Origin: Clostridia bacterium
GTDB taxonomy: Bacteria; Bacillota; Clostridia; Oscillospirales; Acutalibacteraceae
Length of the DNA stretch: 64,000 nt
Assembly: GCA_017549565.1 (NCBI GenBank)
Contig: JAFYUI010000028.1
Location: forward strand, 41,788-105,787
Direction of reading: 5' to 3'
Shown here: positions 30,803 through 39,709 of the stretch, in pieces
How positions within the stretch are numbered: position 1 is the first letter of the stretch
How the letters are laid out: each line of letters opens with the position of its first letter
Program-made: the position numbers and the translations under genes
Notes under the pieces: generated by a model
Told to the model about the DNA's origin: nothing
Database searches by the model: none
Seen by the model: the letters and a program-made list of their open reading frames with translations, nothing else

Positions 30803-32842
30803 TTATTCAGCAGCTTCTTCTACTACTTCTTCGGCAGCTTCAGCGGGTGCTTCGGCAACCTCTTCTACAGCTTCTTCAACCTTTTCTTCTTCAGGAAGTA
30901 AAGCACGGATAGAAAGACTGATGCGCTTTTTATCCAAATCAATAGCAGTGATTTTTGCTTCAACTTCTTGACCAACGGTTAATTCGTCTTGAGGTTTAGC
31001 AATGTGCTTGTTAGCGATTTGAGAAATATGGATTAAACCATCAATACCGGGGATGATGCGTGCAAATGCACCGTAGGTTGTCATACTAACGATTGTAACC
31101 TTAACAACATCATCAACATTGTAATTGTTTTGGAAGATTGTCCAAGGATTCTCTTCATCTTTCTTATAGCCGAGAGAAATCTTTTTCTTGTCAGCGTCAA
31201 GGTCTTTAACATATACTTCAACAGTATCGCCAACCAAAACAACCTCTGATGGATTCTTAATTCTTGCCCAAGAAAGCTCAGAAATATGAATCATACCGTC
31301 AACACCGCCGATGTCAACAAATGCGCCATAGCTGGTGAGAGATTTAACAGTACCTGTGAAACGGTCACCAACGGCAATGTTTGCCCAAACCTTTTCTTCG
31401 GCTGCTTTCTTTTCTTCGCGTAATACGCTGCGGATAGAACCGATAGCTCTGCGGCCGCGACCGATTTCAATAATGCGGAAGGAAACTTCCGTGCCTTTTA
31501 ATTCTTCAAGAGAATCGTTTCTTGAAGCAGTTGCCTGAGATGCAGGGATAAATACCTTAACGTTGTCAACATAAACAACTACGCCACCCTTGATGATTTC
31601 GCGAACAACACCCTTAAGGATTTCGCCTGAATCTTTAGCAGCCTTTATATTATCCCAACCGGCGATAGCATCATAACGACGCTTTGAAAGCATTGCAGTG
31701 CCTTCTTGGTCACTGATTTTCATGATGATGAGATTTAATTTGTCATCGACCTTTACTTCATCAACAAGGTTAACGTTGGGGTCAGATGAATATTCGCTAG
31801 CGGTTACATAACCTGTAACACCTCTGCCAATATCAACTGTGATTTCCGAAGGATTAACAGCAATAACTACACCTGTAACCTTCTGGTCGCCTGTTAAGCT
31901 GTTGAGTGAAGCTTCAAATGCTTCCTCGTCTGTCATTTCTTCGAAGCTTTTGGGAGCAACCTCTACTTCTTCAAGTTGCTCAACCGGTTGTAAATTTTCC
32001 GACATGGTTTTTAGGACCTCCTTTATTATACCTGCAGGTGTAGAAGCACCCGCAACGACAGCGACATTTTCATAATTTGAAAAATCACTGATATTTAACT
32101 CATCAGCAGTTTCAACCCAATATGTATTGCTGCAATTTGCCTTGCACACATCAAAAAGCTTTGCTGTGTTCGAGCTACCCTTACCACCGATAACAACCAC
32201 TGCATCGTTTAGTTTGGAAAGCTCAAAGGCCTCTTGCTGCCTCATCGCAGTCGCATTACATATTGTATCAAAAATTTCTGCATTTGTACACACTTTTTTT
32301 AAATTTTTTTCGATTTTTTGCCAAACTTTTTTATTAAATGTGGTTTGAGAAACCAATATTAGGTTTTTTTCGGCAAAATTGCCGTTTTTTCTAAGCAAAT
32401 CTTCAAGCTCAAGGTCATCCTGAACAACAAAAGTGTTAGCCACACTGTGTCCAACAATGCCCTTAACCTCTTGGTGATTTATATCCCCTGCAATTATAAC
32501 AACATAACCGTCACGGCTTTTTTCATAAACAATTTTATGGATTTTTGAAACAAAGGTGCAGGTGGCGTCAACAAATTTTATTCCGTTTTGGGTGCAATAA
32601 TCTATAACCGATTTTTCCACCCCGTGTGAACGGATTACAAGCGTTTCGCCCGATTTTGCTTCATCGGGTGAATTCACAATTCTGACACCTTTTTGCGAAA
32701 GCTCATCAACAAGCTGTGGATTATGAATTATAGGCCCCAAGGTGCAAACCCTTTCGCCCTTTTGGAGCAAGTCATAAACAGTATTAACCGCGCGGTTTAC
32801 ACCAAAGCAAAAGCCCGCAGTTTTTGCAAGTGTAACATTCAT
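30803..32842 (-). CDS. ispH: bifunctional 4-hydroxy-3-methylbut-2-enyl diphosphate reductase (IspH) / ribosomal protein S1-like fusion
   Basis: 679 aa. The N-terminal 280 aa or so are IspH (MNVTLAKTAGFCFGVNRAV, HNPQ, SSNT). These are followed by four S1/OB repeats (GxV..I...GAFV type) and an acidic tail. Confidence 0.92.
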   Translation of the reverse strand: MNVTLAKTAGFCFGVNRAVNTVYDLLQKGERVCTLGPIIHNPQLVDELSQKGVRIVNSPDEAKSGETLVIRSHGVEKSVIDYCTQNGIKFVDATCTFVSKIHKIVYEKSRDGYVVIIAGDINHQEVKGIVGHSVANTFVVQDDLELEDLLRKNGNFAEKNLILVSQTTFNKKVWQKIEKNLKKVCTNAEIFDTICNATAMRQQEAFELSKLNDAVVVIGGKGSSNTAKLFDVCKANCSNTYWVETADELNISDFSNYENVAVVAGASTPAGIIKEVLKTMSENLQPVEQLEEVEVAPKSFEEMTDEEAFEASLNSLTGDQKVTGVVIAVNPSEITVDIGRGVTGYVTASEYSSDPNVNLVDEVKVDDKLNLIIMKISDQEGTAMLSKRRYDAIAGWDNIKAAKDSGEILKGVVREIIKGGVVVYVDNVKVFIPASQATASRNDSLEELKGTEVSFRIIEIGRGRRAIGSIRSVLREEKKAAEEKVWANIAVGDRFTGTVKSLTSYGAFVDIGGVDGMIHISELSWARIKNPSEVVLVGDTVEVYVKDLDADKKKISLGYKKDEENPWTIFQNNYNVDDVVKVTIVSMTTYGAFARIIPGIDGLIHISQIANKHIAKPQDELTVGQEVEAKITAIDLDKKRISLSIRALLPEEEKVEEAVEEVAEAPAEAAEEVVEEAAE

Positions 32843-32845
32843 ATA

Positions 32846-33508
32846 TTATATACTTTCTTTAATAGTTTTCAAAATAAGCTCTAACGACTGCTCTGCCTCA
32901 AAGCCCGTGGTATCAAGCAAAACGGCATCCTCGGCCTGCTTTAAGGGAGCAATTTCACGATGCGAATCATTATAATCACGCTGCACCATATCATCATAAA
33001 CCTCTTTAAAGGTCACCTTTGTGCCCTTTGCAACAAGCTCATCATAACGGCGCTGTGCACGGTCTTCGGCTGTTGCGGTTAAAAACAATTTAAGGGTAGC
33101 GTTGGGTAACACCACTGTGCCGATATCACGGCCATCCATAACAACATTGTTTTCTCTTGCAAGCTTTCTTTGCATTTCCAAAAGAAATGCCCTAACCTCG
33201 CCCTTTGCTGAAACGGCAGAAGCCATCATAGAAGCGATAGGCGTGCGAATTTCTTCGCTAACATCACAGCCATCTAAAAATACACGCTGTTCGCCGCCTA
33301 CAAAACGAATATCAACTGTTGTATCCTTTAAAATTTCATTAACATCACAATTAAGCTCGGTATCAAAGCCCGCCTTTGAAAATTTAAGACCAACTGTGCG
33401 ATAAAGGGCACCTGTATCAACATAAATAAAGCCAAGTGCTTCGGCTGCTTTTCTTGATAATGTGCTTTTTCCTGCCCCTGCGGGACCGTCAATAGCTATA
33501 GAAATCAT
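32846..33508 (-). CDS. cmk: (d)CMP kinase
   Basis: 220 aa. P-loop IAIDGPAGAGKST and YVDTGALYR. Confidence 0.95.
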   Translation of the reverse strand: MISIAIDGPAGAGKSTLSRKAAEALGFIYVDTGALYRTVGLKFSKAGFDTELNCDVNEILKDTTVDIRFVGGEQRVFLDGCDVSEEIRTPIASMMASAVSAKGEVRAFLLEMQRKLARENNVVMDGRDIGTVVLPNATLKLFLTATAEDRAQRRYDELVAKGTKVTFKEVYDDMVQRDYNDSHREIAPLKQAEDAVLLDTTGFEAEQSLELILKTIKESI

Positions 33509-33532
33509 ATTATTTCTCCTTAAAAAACATAT

Positions 33533-34765
33533 CTAAACATTTTGACCGGCCAAATAACCGGTTGAAAATGCAATTTGCAAATTAAAGCCACCTGTAAAGG
33601 CATCAACATCAATAACCTCGCCCGCAAAGAAAAGCCCTTTTATAAACTTTGATTCCATAGTTGCGGGGTTAATTTCCTTAACCGAAATACCGCCACGGGT
33701 GATTATTGCCTCATCCACAGGACGAAGAGCCGTTATTTTAAGCGGGAATTTTTTAATTACTTCGCACAGCTTTAAACGCTCTTCACGGCTGATTTGATTA
33801 ACCTTTTTATCTTTCTCAATACCCGACAGCATTACAACCACGGGAATTAAGCTTTTTGGCAGTAAGGCATCAAGCGAATTTTGAAAATCCTTATTTTGAA
33901 GCTCAGAAAAATCCCTTAAAATGCGGTTGTCAAGCTGGTCAATACTTAAAGCGGGTTTCAAATCAATGGTTACATTATAATTCTTACCGCTTTTAACATA
34001 GGCCGATGCCGACAAAACAAGCGGACCCGATATGCCGAAATGAGTAAAAAGCATTTCGCCCATTTCACAAAATACTGGTTTTTTCTTGTCATTTTCAAAA
34101 AGCGAAAGTGTAACATTTTTAAGGGTTAAACCCGAAAGCCGTGTGCAAAAACCCTCGTGGCATTCCATCGGCACAAGCGAGCCCGAAATTTCGCTAACGC
34201 TGTGACCCAAGGTTTTTGCAATGCGATATCCGTCACCGGTTGAGCCGGTCACAGGGTAAGACACACCGCCTGTGGCAATTACCACACTGTCGGCCGCCAA
34301 AACATCACCATTTGAAAGTTTAACACCCGTAACGGCGCCGTTTTCAGTCAAAACTGCTGTGGCAGTTGCATTTATAACCTTAACACCGACCGCTTTTGCG
34401 GTGTTTACCAAGGCATCAACAATATCAACCGCCTTGTCAGACACAGGAAAAACACGGTTGCCCCTTTCAGTTTTAAGCGGCACACCCACGCTTTCGAAAA
34501 AAGTCATGGTATCCTGCGGTGAAAAAGCCGAAAATGCAGAATATAAAAAACGGGGGTTTCGGGGTGTGTTTTGAATTAACGCATCAAGGTCACAGTTATT
34601 TGTGACATTGCACCTGCCCTTACCCGTTATCATAACCTTACGGCACGGACGGGAATTTTTTTCAACCACAGTTATTAAAGCACCGCCGTCTTTATATTTA
34701 TAAGCCGCACTTATAGCCGCCTTCATACCCGCGGCACCGCCGCCGATAATAACAATTTTCTTCAA
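33533..34765 (-). CDS. NAD(P)/FAD-dependent oxidoreductase, HI0933/YhiN flavoprotein family
   Basis: 410 aa. Dinucleotide fold IVIIGGGAAGM and GKGRCNVTN family motif. TTG start behind GGTGAGGG. Confidence 0.82.
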   Translation of the reverse strand: MKKIVIIGGGAAGMKAAISAAYKYKDGGALITVVEKNSRPCRKVMITGKGRCNVTNNCDLDALIQNTPRNPRFLYSAFSAFSPQDTMTFFESVGVPLKTERGNRVFPVSDKAVDIVDALVNTAKAVGVKVINATATAVLTENGAVTGVKLSNGDVLAADSVVIATGGVSYPVTGSTGDGYRIAKTLGHSVSEISGSLVPMECHEGFCTRLSGLTLKNVTLSLFENDKKKPVFCEMGEMLFTHFGISGPLVLSASAYVKSGKNYNVTIDLKPALSIDQLDNRILRDFSELQNKDFQNSLDALLPKSLIPVVVMLSGIEKDKKVNQISREERLKLCEVIKKFPLKITALRPVDEAIITRGGISVKEINPATMESKFIKGLFFAGEVIDVDAFTGGFNLQIAFSTGYLAGQNV

Positions 34766-34844
34766 AATTCCCTCACCTGCCTATTAATTTTATTTTACAA
34801 TAAAAACAATTAAATGTAAAGCAAAGTAACGATATTTCACAATG

Positions 34845-34878
34845 AAAACCGCAGATTTTTTACAACCTGCGGTTTTTT
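34845..34878 (-). terminator. intrinsic terminator after serA
   Basis: Minus strand AAAAAACCGCAG-GTTGTAAAAAAT-CTGCGGTTTTCATT. Confidence 0.75.
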
Positions 34879-34882
34879 GTTA

Positions 34883-36043
34883 TTAAATAATTCTTACACG
34901 TATAATACCTTCAATATCGCTGATTTCTTTTTCAAGGGTTGCGATATCTGCCTCGCCTATGTCAAGCATAGTGTAAGCATAGTCACCGCGTGATTTGTTA
35001 AGAAGATTTTCGATATTGATACCGTCATCTGAAACAAGTGCGGTAATTTTTGTAAGCATATTTGGAATATTTTTATGAATTACGCAAACACGATTAGCAC
35101 CACTTCTGGGCATTGTAACTTCGGGAAGGTTTACAGAGTTTACAATGTTACCGTTTTCGATATAATCAATAAGCTCTTTTGCAGCCATTGAAGCACAGTT
35201 GTCTTCAGATTCGGGGGTAGATGCACCAAGGTGAGGAATTGCAATTATGCCGTCAACACCCAAAACATCATCAGTTGGGAAGTCGGTTACATAAGCTGCA
35301 ACCTTGCCCGATTCTAACGCAGCGATAAGGGCAGCGTCATCAACCAAAGCCGCACGAGAGAAGTTAAGAATTCTAACGCCGTCCTTCATTTTAGCAATAG
35401 TGTCGGCGTTAATCATTTTCTTTGTGCCGTCAACAAGCGGAACATGAATTGTGATGTAATCACAGTTTGCATAAATTTCGTTAATATCGTTAATATAAAC
35501 TGCATTGTGGTTTAAGTTCCAAGCAGATTTAACCGACAAATAAGGGTCATAACCGTAAACAGTCATACCAAGGTGGTTAGCAGCATTTGCAACCATAACA
35601 CCAATAGCGCCAAGACCAATAACACCAAGCTTTTTGCCCTTAATTTCAGGGCCACCGAAAGCACCCTTGCCCTTTTCAACCATTTTGCCAACTTCGGCGC
35701 CGTTGCCCTTTAAGGTTTTAGCCCATTCAATACCCGAAACCACGCGGCGAGATGAAAGGAAAAGACCTGCCAAAACAAGTTCCTTAACAGCATTTGCATT
35801 AGCACCCGGGGTGTTGAAAACAACAATACCCTGTTCGCTGCAGCGGTCAATTGGAATATTGTTAGTACCTGCACCTGCACGGGCAATTGCCTTTAAGGAT
35901 GCAGGAAATTCGGTGTCGTGAAGTGCGGCCGAGCGAACAATCGCACCGTCGGCATTTTCAACTTCATCACCAATAGTATATTTTTCATCAAAAACCTCTA
36001 AACCCGATTTAGAAATTTTGTTGTATGTCTTAATCTTATACAT
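34883..36043 (-). CDS. serA: D-3-phosphoglycerate dehydrogenase SerA (with C-terminal ACT domain)
   Basis: 386 aa. 2-hydroxyacid dehydrogenase NAD site GVIGLGAIG, and an ACT-like C-terminus. TAATG junction with serC. Confidence 0.9.
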   Translation of the reverse strand: MYKIKTYNKISKSGLEVFDEKYTIGDEVENADGAIVRSAALHDTEFPASLKAIARAGAGTNNIPIDRCSEQGIVVFNTPGANANAVKELVLAGLFLSSRRVVSGIEWAKTLKGNGAEVGKMVEKGKGAFGGPEIKGKKLGVIGLGAIGVMVANAANHLGMTVYGYDPYLSVKSAWNLNHNAVYINDINEIYANCDYITIHVPLVDGTKKMINADTIAKMKDGVRILNFSRAALVDDAALIAALESGKVAAYVTDFPTDDVLGVDGIIAIPHLGASTPESEDNCASMAAKELIDYIENGNIVNSVNLPEVTMPRSGANRVCVIHKNIPNMLTKITALVSDDGINIENLLNKSRGDYAYTMLDIGEADIATLEKEISDIEGIIRVRII

Positions 36044-37125
36044 TATGCATTTTCCTCTTCAAATTTCTTCATAAATTCTACAAGCTTTTCAACGCCTTCG
36101 ATTGGCATTGCGTTGTAGATAGATGCACGCATACCGCCAACACTGCGGTGACCCTTAAGGTTAACAAATCCGGCTTTTTTGCTTTCGGCAACAAACTTAG
36201 CGTCAAGTTCGTCATTGCCTGTAATAAATGGAACATTCATAAGTGAACGGTCTTCAGCAACAACTGTGCCCTTAAACATTTTAGAATTATCAAGGAAATC
36301 GTAAAGAATTTTTGCTTTCTTTTCGTTTAATTCCTTCATCTTTTCAAGGCCGCCCATCTTCTTAATCCACTTAAATGTAAGGCCTGCAATATAAATTGAG
36401 TAGCAAGGAGGAGTATTGAACATAGAGCCGTTTTCAGAATGTGTTTCATATTTAAGCATTGTAGGAGTAATATCCATAGCATTGCCGATTAAATCCTTGC
36501 GGATGATTACGATAGTAACACCTGCGGGAGCAACATTCTTTTGAGCGCCTGCATAAAGCACGCCAAACTTTGTAACGTCGATGGGTTCTGACAAAATGCA
36601 GCTTGAAATATCAGCTACAAGGGGAACGTCACCTGTTTCGGGGATGTAGTTATACTTTGTACCGTAAATGGTGTTGTTAAAGCAGATGTGAACGTAGTCA
36701 GCATCCTTATCAAAATCTTCAGCTGCAACCTTTGGAATGTAGCTGAAAGTTTTATCCTTAGAAGAAGCAACCAAACGAGCTTCGCCATATCGTGCAGCTT
36801 CTTGATATGCCTTATTAGCCCATTGACCTGTTACGATAAAATCGGCTTTTTTATTTTTGTTCATAAGGTTTAAAGGAAGCATTGCAAACTGGGTAGATGC
36901 ACCGCCCTGTAAGAACAAAACAGCATAGTCATCGGGAATATTCATAATTTCACGAAGATTTGCTTCTGCCTCGTCAAAAATTGCTTGATATTCTTTTGAA
37001 CGGTGAGACATTTCCATAACCGATTGACCGCTTGTGCCATATTCTAACATTTCGTCGGCCGCAGTTTTTAAAACCTCTTCAGGTAACATAGAAGGACCGG
37101 CGCTAAAATTATAAACTCTTGCCAT
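36043..37125 (-). CDS. serC: 3-phosphoserine/phosphohydroxythreonine aminotransferase SerC
   Basis: MARVYNFSAGPSMLP N-terminus, PLP-Lys region YAGAQKN. ATG at 37125 follows GGAGG; the track start at 37140 is a TTG inside the RBS. Confidence 0.95.
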   Translation of the reverse strand: MARVYNFSAGPSMLPEEVLKTAADEMLEYGTSGQSVMEMSHRSKEYQAIFDEAEANLREIMNIPDDYAVLFLQGGASTQFAMLPLNLMNKNKKADFIVTGQWANKAYQEAARYGEARLVASSKDKTFSYIPKVAAEDFDKDADYVHICFNNTIYGTKYNYIPETGDVPLVADISSCILSEPIDVTKFGVLYAGAQKNVAPAGVTIVIIRKDLIGNAMDITPTMLKYETHSENGSMFNTPPCYSIYIAGLTFKWIKKMGGLEKMKELNEKKAKILYDFLDNSKMFKGTVVAEDRSLMNVPFITGNDELDAKFVAESKKAGFVNLKGHRSVGGMRASIYNAMPIEGVEKLVEFMKKFEEENA

Positions 37126-37161
37126 AATAATGACCTCCAAAAAATGTGATGTATGCTATAC

Positions 37162-37190
37162 ATTATATGCTGTCGGCACTACTTTGTCAA
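37162..37190 (-). promoter_or_regulatory. sigma-A type promoter for serC-serA (TTGACA-17-TATAAT)
   Basis: Minus strand TTGACA (37190-37185), 17 nt, TATAAT (37167-37162), about 35 nt upstream of the serC ATG. Confidence 0.65.
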
Positions 37191-37276
37191 TGAGATTGTT
37201 AAAAACTTGTCAAAGATTTTTTAAATTTTTCAAATTTCAGCAAAAAGTTTGTTAAATAATTAACATTATGTAATAA

Positions 37277-37315
37277 AAATGACTCCCCTTGCCTTTATAT
37301 CGCTTGGGGAGTTTT
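37277..37315 (-). terminator. probable terminator after cysK
   Basis: ACTCCCC / GGGGAGT 7-bp stem with a 17-nt loop, flanked by A/T runs. Confidence 0.5.
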
Positions 37316-37321
37316 AAAAAT

Positions 37322-38242
37322 TTAATCAAAAAGTTCGGTTGACATATATCTTGATGCACCGTCGGGCAAAATTACAACAATGTTTTTACCCTGCTCTTTT
37401 TTGGCAACCGCCAATGCACCACAAAGCGCCGCACCCGCCGAAATTCCAACCGAAAGCCCTTCTAAAAGGCAAATTTCTTTTGCAAAATTTATTGCATCTT
37501 CATCAGAAATGGTGATAATTTCATCATAAATATTTGTATCAAGGTTTTCGGGGATAAAGCCGGCACCTATGCCCTGAATTTTATGTGCGCCTTTTTTACC
37601 TGTTGTCAAAAAAGGTGAAGAAAGCGGCTCAACACCGATTATTTTAACATTTTCATTCTTTTCCCTTAAAAACCTGCCAACACCTGTAATTGTTCCGCCC
37701 GAGCCAATACCACAAACTAAAATATCAATCTTGCCGTTTAAATCATTATAAATTTCGGGCGCGGTGGTTTTATAATGCGCATCGGGGTTTGCGGGGTTAT
37801 AAAACTGCCCCGCTATAATGCTGTTGGGGGTTTCATTATTTAACTGCTCGGCCTTTTCAATGGCACCGTCCATTCCCTTGGCACCATCGGTCAGCACAAC
37901 CTTTGCACCATAGGATGCAATAAGCTTTCGGCGCTCTATCGACATTGTTTCGGGCATAACAATAACACATTTATATCCCTTTGCGGTGCAAATTGCCGCA
38001 AGACCAATACCCGTATTGCCCGAGGTTGCTTCAATTACAGTACCACCCTTTTTAAGCAGACCGTTTTCTTCGGCAGTTTCAATCATATTTAAAGCAACCC
38101 TGTCCTTAACGCTGCCCGCAGGGTTTAAAAATTCTAATTTAGCAAAAACATCACAGTCAAAGCCATATTTAAGCTTAAAATTTTGAAGTTTTAAAAGCGG
38201 AGTGTTGCCAACCACTTCAGCCAGTGAATTATATAATGCCAT
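37322..38242 (-). CDS. cysK: cysteine synthase A (O-acetylserine sulfhydrylase)
   Basis: 306 aa. PLP-Lys motif NPAGSVKDR, and TSGNTGIGLA, GIGSGGTITG. Confidence 0.95.
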   Translation of the reverse strand: MALYNSLAEVVGNTPLLKLQNFKLKYGFDCDVFAKLEFLNPAGSVKDRVALNMIETAEENGLLKKGGTVIEATSGNTGIGLAAICTAKGYKCVIVMPETMSIERRKLIASYGAKVVLTDGAKGMDGAIEKAEQLNNETPNSIIAGQFYNPANPDAHYKTTAPEIYNDLNGKIDILVCGIGSGGTITGVGRFLREKNENVKIIGVEPLSSPFLTTGKKGAHKIQGIGAGFIPENLDTNIYDEIITISDEDAINFAKEICLLEGLSVGISAGAALCGALAVAKKEQGKNIVVILPDGASRYMSTELFD

Positions 38243-38305
38243 AAAAATAACACCTCATACTTATTTTAACCATTTATATAATATTTTGCAACTGCTTTTT
38301 AAAAC

Positions 38306-38334
38306 TTGAAAAATTAGCCAAACATTTATATAAT
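38306..38334 (+). promoter_or_regulatory. sigma-A type promoter for greA (TTGAAA-17-TATAAT)
   Basis: TTGAAA 38306-38311, TATAAT 38329-38334. RBS AGGTGA before the ATG at 38350. Confidence 0.65.
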
Positions 38335-38349
38335 GTAATAGGTGATAAA

Positions 38350-38853
38350 ATGTTTGATGAAGTAACAAAAGTTGATATTGAAAAAATGCAGGCCGAGCTT
38401 GAATACCGCATTACAGTTTTGCGCCCCAAAATTCTTGAAGAGGTTAAATTTACCCGCAGCTTTGGTGACCTTTCAGAAAATTTTGAATACCACGCTGCCA
38501 AGCGTGAACGCGGCAAAAACGAAAGCCGCATTAGATATTTAAGAAATATGATTAAAACCGCCATAGTAATTGATGCCACAAGCAGCGCTGACGAGGTTGG
38601 GCTGTTTGACACGGTTGATTATTATGTTGAAGAGGATGACTGTGTTGAAACGGTGCGAATTGTCACAACCCTTCGCCAAAATTCTATGCAGGGTATAATC
38701 AGTAAAGAATCGCCTTTGGGCACAGCACTGATGGGCAAAAAAGAAAACGAGCGCATTTATGTCAAGGTAAATAGCGATTACGGTTATTATATAGTAATTA
38801 AAAAAATCACCAAAGGCGAAGATGATAAGAGTTTAGAGATTAGGAAGTATTAA
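38350..38853 (+). CDS. greA: transcription elongation factor GreA
   Basis: 167 aa. Coiled-coil N-domain with the acidic tip GDLSENFEYHAAK, and a C-terminal FKBP-like domain (SPLGTALMGKK). Confidence 0.93.
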   Translation: MFDEVTKVDIEKMQAELEYRITVLRPKILEEVKFTRSFGDLSENFEYHAAKRERGKNESRIRYLRNMIKTAIVIDATSSADEVGLFDTVDYYVEEDDCVETVRIVTTLRQNSMQGIISKESPLGTALMGKKENERIYVKVNSDYGYYIVIKKITKGEDDKSLEIRKY

Positions 38854-38860
38854 AATTATA

Positions 38861-38893
38861 AAAAGCACTTCGTGACGAAGTGCTTTTTGTTTT
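38861..38893 (+). terminator. intrinsic terminator after greA (usable from both directions)
   Basis: AAAAGCACTTCG-TGA-CGAAGTGCTTTTTGTTTT. Confidence 0.85.
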
Positions 38894-38945
38894 GGGTAGT
38901 TTGAACTTAATGACACGAATACATTGTGCCTGAAAACTGAAACTT

Positions 38946-39404
38946 TTACTTAATTTTATGTTTATTACGTATTATAATTATTAAGCAGACGATAATTGCT
39001 GAAAATGAAACAACAACTTTAACTAAATCAAAAACAAATTCAGAACTTTTAAAATATAGAATACTGCCATTTTCTCTCATATATTGGGTAAATCTATTTT
39101 TGTAACCATTTCTTATAATAGATACATATTCAGTTCCGTCTTCATAATAAATTGTAACTCTATCTTTATGCATTAACGTATTATATTTTATTCTTGTGGC
39201 ATTCGAAACATCGGGTATCTCTTCGTAGAAATCACAACTCTCGGACATTATGCTATTGATTGTTCCTATATTGTAGTTAGTAACTTGGATATCTCTATTT
39301 CCACTCTCAGAACCCAACCAAATAAAAAAAGCGTTCCATAAAAAGACTATAGTCGATAAAATTATAATTATAATAGCAATTACATTCATATGCCTTTTTT
39401 TCAT
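38946..39404 (-). CDS. hypothetical bitopic membrane protein (AT-rich orphan gene)
   Basis: 152 aa from the ATG at 39404 (MKKRHMNVIAIIIIILSTIVFLW...). Has N- and C-terminal TM helices. Own promoter TTGCCC-17-TATAAT. No family recognised. The coding region is visibly more AT-rich than its neighbours. Confidence 0.6.
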   Translation of the reverse strand: MKKRHMNVIAIIIIILSTIVFLWNAFFIWLGSESGNRDIQVTNYNIGTINSIMSESCDFYEEIPDVSNATRIKYNTLMHKDRVTIYYEDGTEYVSIIRNGYKNRFTQYMRENGSILYFKSSEFVFDLVKVVVSFSAIIVCLIIIIRNKHKIK

Positions 39405-39461
39405 ATCATCACCGACCTTCAAGTGTATTATAGCATAAAAGCGGCGGAGGGGCAAGACTTC

Positions 39462-39533
39462 TTCACTATTCACTATTACCTCTTACTTCCCAAAAATCCC
39501 GAATACGAGGTTTAGTGAAGAGTGAAAAGTGAA
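39462..39533. repeat. heptad-phased TTCAC / GTGAA repeats forming an imperfect inverted repeat
   Basis: TTCACTATTCACTA (39462-39475) against TAGTGAAGAGTGAA (39513-39526) matches 13/14 as an inverted repeat. A third GTGAA is at 39529. An inner ACCTC/GAGGT pair (39478/39507) extends the stem. Confidence 0.6.
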
Positions 39534-39534
39534 A

Positions 39535-39570
39535 AAGTAAAATCCCGAACGCTTTCGCATTCGGGATTTT
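39535..39570 (-). terminator. intrinsic terminator after tRNA-Leu
   Basis: Minus strand ATCCCGAATGC-GAAA-GCGTTCGGGAT followed by TTTACTTTTT. Confidence 0.85.
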
Positions 39571-39657
39571 TGGTGCCGATGACCGGACTTGAACCGGTAC
39601 GATATTGCTACCGAGGGATTTTAAGTCCCTTGTGTCTGCCTATTCCACCACATCGGC
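39571..39657 (-). tRNA. tRNA-Leu (anticodon UAA), type II with long variable arm, CCA encoded
   Basis: Reverse complement GCCGATGTGGTGGAATAGGCAGACACAAGGGACTTAAAATCCCTCGGTAGCAATATCGTACCGGTTCAAGTCCGGTCATCGGCACCA. Acceptor GCCGATG/CATCGGC, anticodon loop CTTAAAA, T-arm CCGGTTCAAGTCCGG. Confidence 0.93.
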
Positions 39658-39666
39658 ATATCTAAA

Positions 39667-39695
39667 ATAATATAATATTTTAGACATTTTGTCAA
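39667..39695 (-). promoter_or_regulatory. sigma-A type promoter for tRNA-Leu (TTGACA-17-TATTAT)
   Basis: Minus strand TTGACA (39695-39690), 17 nt, TATTAT (39672-39667), about 10 nt upstream of the mature 5' end. Confidence 0.65.
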
Positions 39696-39709
39696 GTGTT
39701 TTTTATAAA

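Noticed and set aside
37126-38349. Possible T-box or S-box leaders for serC-serA and cysK
   Set aside because: The leaders are only about 30-40 nt between near-consensus promoters and the RBS. There is no specifier or T-box sequence and no terminator/antiterminator pair.
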